Below are positions 41,488-43,125 of a DNA stretch of 43,125 nucleotides, piece by piece. Both the position numbers and the translations under genes were made by a program. The first letter of the stretch is position 1. Every line of letters starts with the position of its first letter. The notes below the pieces were generated by a model. It saw only the letters and a list, made by a program, of their open reading frames with translations. It searched no databases and was not told where the DNA came from. Source of the DNA: Candidatus Woesearchaeota archaeon (GTDB taxonomy: Archaea; Nanobdellota; Nanobdellia; Pacearchaeales; GW2011-AR1); assembly GCA_964423055.1 (NCBI GenBank), contig CAYRCZ010000002.1:67492-110616 (forward strand), read 5' to 3'.

Positions 41488-43125
41488 TTACTTAAATTTA
41501 TTAGATATTTTTTCAAATATCTTTATTTTAGACCTTGAAAAGTCCCTTTTTATTATGTGTTTTAATAGGCGTCTATTGAATAGCAAAGAATAAATTATTA
41601 TTTTATAAGGGTAAGAATTAGCCCATAATTTTCCTTGATTTTTTATTGCTAATAATTTATCGCCGTAATAAGGAAATAGAATATGTTCTATGTTCTCTAT
41701 AGGAGTCAATGGGACCTTTGAAGTACTTACTAAAGGAAGAGAAGTCATAACAGTATTTTCTCTTTTAACAAGTATTCCCGGTTTCCCATTATACATATCT
41801 AAAAATTTAGATGAATTTTTTAAGAAATAATCTCTTTTTACCATTAATTGTGCAATCTTTAAATTATCATAAAAGTATTTTTTATCAAGATAGTCATAAG
41901 CATAGTGTAACGCTAGACTACTACAATCTCCTATTAAGCTTGACTTTACCAATAAATCTGAAGAACATATAGGTTTATTGGTGAATTCTAAAGCATGGAC
42001 TTGAAAATAATCTTTGTAAGGTAGATTTTTGTATCTCTTTTGTTTAAAAGCGATATAATCATAACCATTTGTTTTTGTTGAAAGGTGCCCTTTCCCTTTC
42101 CTTAAATCCCTCTTGGTAAGATAGATTACTTTTTTAGAAATCTTATCTAAACCTTTTATCCTTGGACCATTTTTTTCAGCATAAGCTATAAGATTACCTA
42201 ATAAGTTATGATTTGAGAAATCTTTAGTACTTCTTAAATAAGCTTTATTTGCAATGCCTTCTCTTGCCTTATCGTTTTTAAGATAGTAATTTACTTGAGA
42301 TAAAAGCTCATCTTTGTTTTTGAAAGTTGCAATATCAGTGCCTTCTTTGAAAGTAGGAAAATAACCAGAAGCATGCTCTGTAAGGCAAAAAGATTTGCAA
42401 GCATTTATTTCAAAAAATCTTTCCAATATATGGGTTCCACCAAAATAATTCTGAGACAGGCAGATGTTTATTTTGCTACGGTTGATTACTTCAATAAAGC
42501 CTTTTTCATCTATTTCCCCTCCAAAATGATCTTTGAATTCAGGATATCTTTGCCATGCTGCTCCAAAAACTCTTATATTTATACCATTATTCAAAAGGTG
42601 CCTCATATAATTTACCCTTTCGCTTTTTGGAGTTCCTACAAAACTAACATCTATATCTTTCTTGGAATTATTCGGTTTAAATTTAGTGATGTCTGCACCG
42701 CAACCATAGAATGCTTTCTTGCCACCTTTATCAGCTTGGGCTATATATGGGACTTGAGTAATCATGAAGTAATCAATCATCGGAAAATAATTGATAGTGT
42801 AATTATCGAATTTATAATCGTCATCCCCATTATAACAGAAAACAATACTATTTGGAAGAATCTTCTTTATTTTAATGAGCGTATCTAAATCAAATTCATG
42901 ATACATTAACCATAGAAAAATATAATCTGGTTTTTCCTTTCTTAAGACTTCTAAAAACCTCTTATTCATTTCATCCTTACCATATTTGTAAAAGATCTCT
43001 TGCGGGTCAAAAGTAATAACTTTTTGAAATTTATCTCTTATCGGTTGATCCCATAACTGATAAGTATGCCATTTCTTATTATGACATGCCCATGCTGCAT
43101 TTAGGACTTTTTTGTTAAGCTTTTT
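41488..43125 (-). CDS. CgeB-like (DUF3880 / Glyco_trans_1_2-type) putative glycosyltransferase, 5'-partial
   Basis: DVSFVGTPKSERVNYMRHLLNNGINIRVFGAAW and RSKINICLSQNYFGGTHILERFFEINACKSFCLTEH resemble CgeB-type GT-B proteins. The reading frame stays open upstream of the ORF-track Met (42969) to the window edge, and there is no TATA near 42998. The gene therefore starts beyond 43125. Confidence 0.6.
   Translation of the reverse strand, partial: KKLNKKVLNAAWACHNKKWHTYQLWDQPIRDKFQKVITFDPQEIFYKYGKDEMNKRFLEVLRKEKPDYIFLWLMYHEFDLDTLIKIKKILPNSIVFCYNGDDDYKFDNYTINYFPMIDYFMITQVPYIAQADKGGKKAFYGCGADITKFKPNNSKKDIDVSFVGTPKSERVNYMRHLLNNGINIRVFGAAWQRYPEFKDHFGGEIDEKGFIEVINRSKINICLSQNYFGGTHILERFFEINACKSFCLTEHASGYFPTFKEGTDIATFKNKDELLSQVNYYLKNDKAREGIANKAYLRSTKDFSNHNLLGNLIAYAEKNGPRIKGLDKISKKVIYLTKRDLRKGKGHLSTKTNGYDYIAFKQKRYKNLPYKDYFQVHALEFTNKPICSSDLLVKSSLIGDCSSLALHYAYDYLDKKYFYDNLKIAQLMVKRDYFLKNSSKFLDMYNGKPGILVKRENTVMTSLPLVSTSKVPLTPIENIEHILFPYYGDKLLAIKNQGKLWANSYPYKIIIYSLLFNRRLLKHIIKRDFSRSKIKIFEKISNKFK

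Overview
AT-rich, very compact archaeal chromosomal window. It carries the archaea/eukaryote-type eS4, eL32 and eL19 proteins, the P0/P1 stalk, SUI1, AglB and prefoldin. The small proteins and the AMP-salvage genes suggest a small-genome DPANN-like lineage, but that is inference only. There are three blocks. (1) 1-6.2 kb holds L1-P0-P1, tRNA-Ser(UGA) and a small accessory patch: a 93-aa protein, AMP phosphorylase, an AI-2E permease, an orphan 232-aa protein and DoxX. (2) 6.3-22.3 kb holds the archaeal ribosomal-protein supercluster L3...L15 (22 r-protein genes plus SUI1), joined by overlapping or SD-coupled junctions. It has two non-canonical insertions: an acidic zinc-ribbon ORF between L30 and L15, and an opposite-strand VIT transporter between L15 and SecY. 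After these come SecY, a DUF106/Oxa1-like insertase, prefoldin alpha, an eIF-2B-like (ribose-1,5-bisphosphate isomerase-type) gene and a SpoIIM-like protein. (3) 22.3-43.1 kb is a 19-gene, visibly more A/T-rich glycosylation island. It contains AglB/STT3, two MOP flippases, five GT2, one GT4, one GT-C (PMT/ArnT-like), a split Alg14/Alg13 pair, four methyltransferases, an AsnB-type amidotransferase, an RmlD-like reductase and a CgeB-like gene that runs off the window end. I saw no rRNA, CRISPR array, transposase/integrase or recognisable defence genes. The best candidates for novelty are: the TAATG-coupled GT4/GT-C/AsnB/GT2 module; the OST-linked split Alg14/Alg13 pair; a single palindromic TATA box placed exactly 29 nt from two divergent start codons; a strict 29-nt TATA-to-ATG (leaderless) rule across the window; the extra zinc-ribbon ORF in the r-protein operon; and a truncated P0 stalk protein. 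All family calls come from reading the translations by eye, not from database searches.
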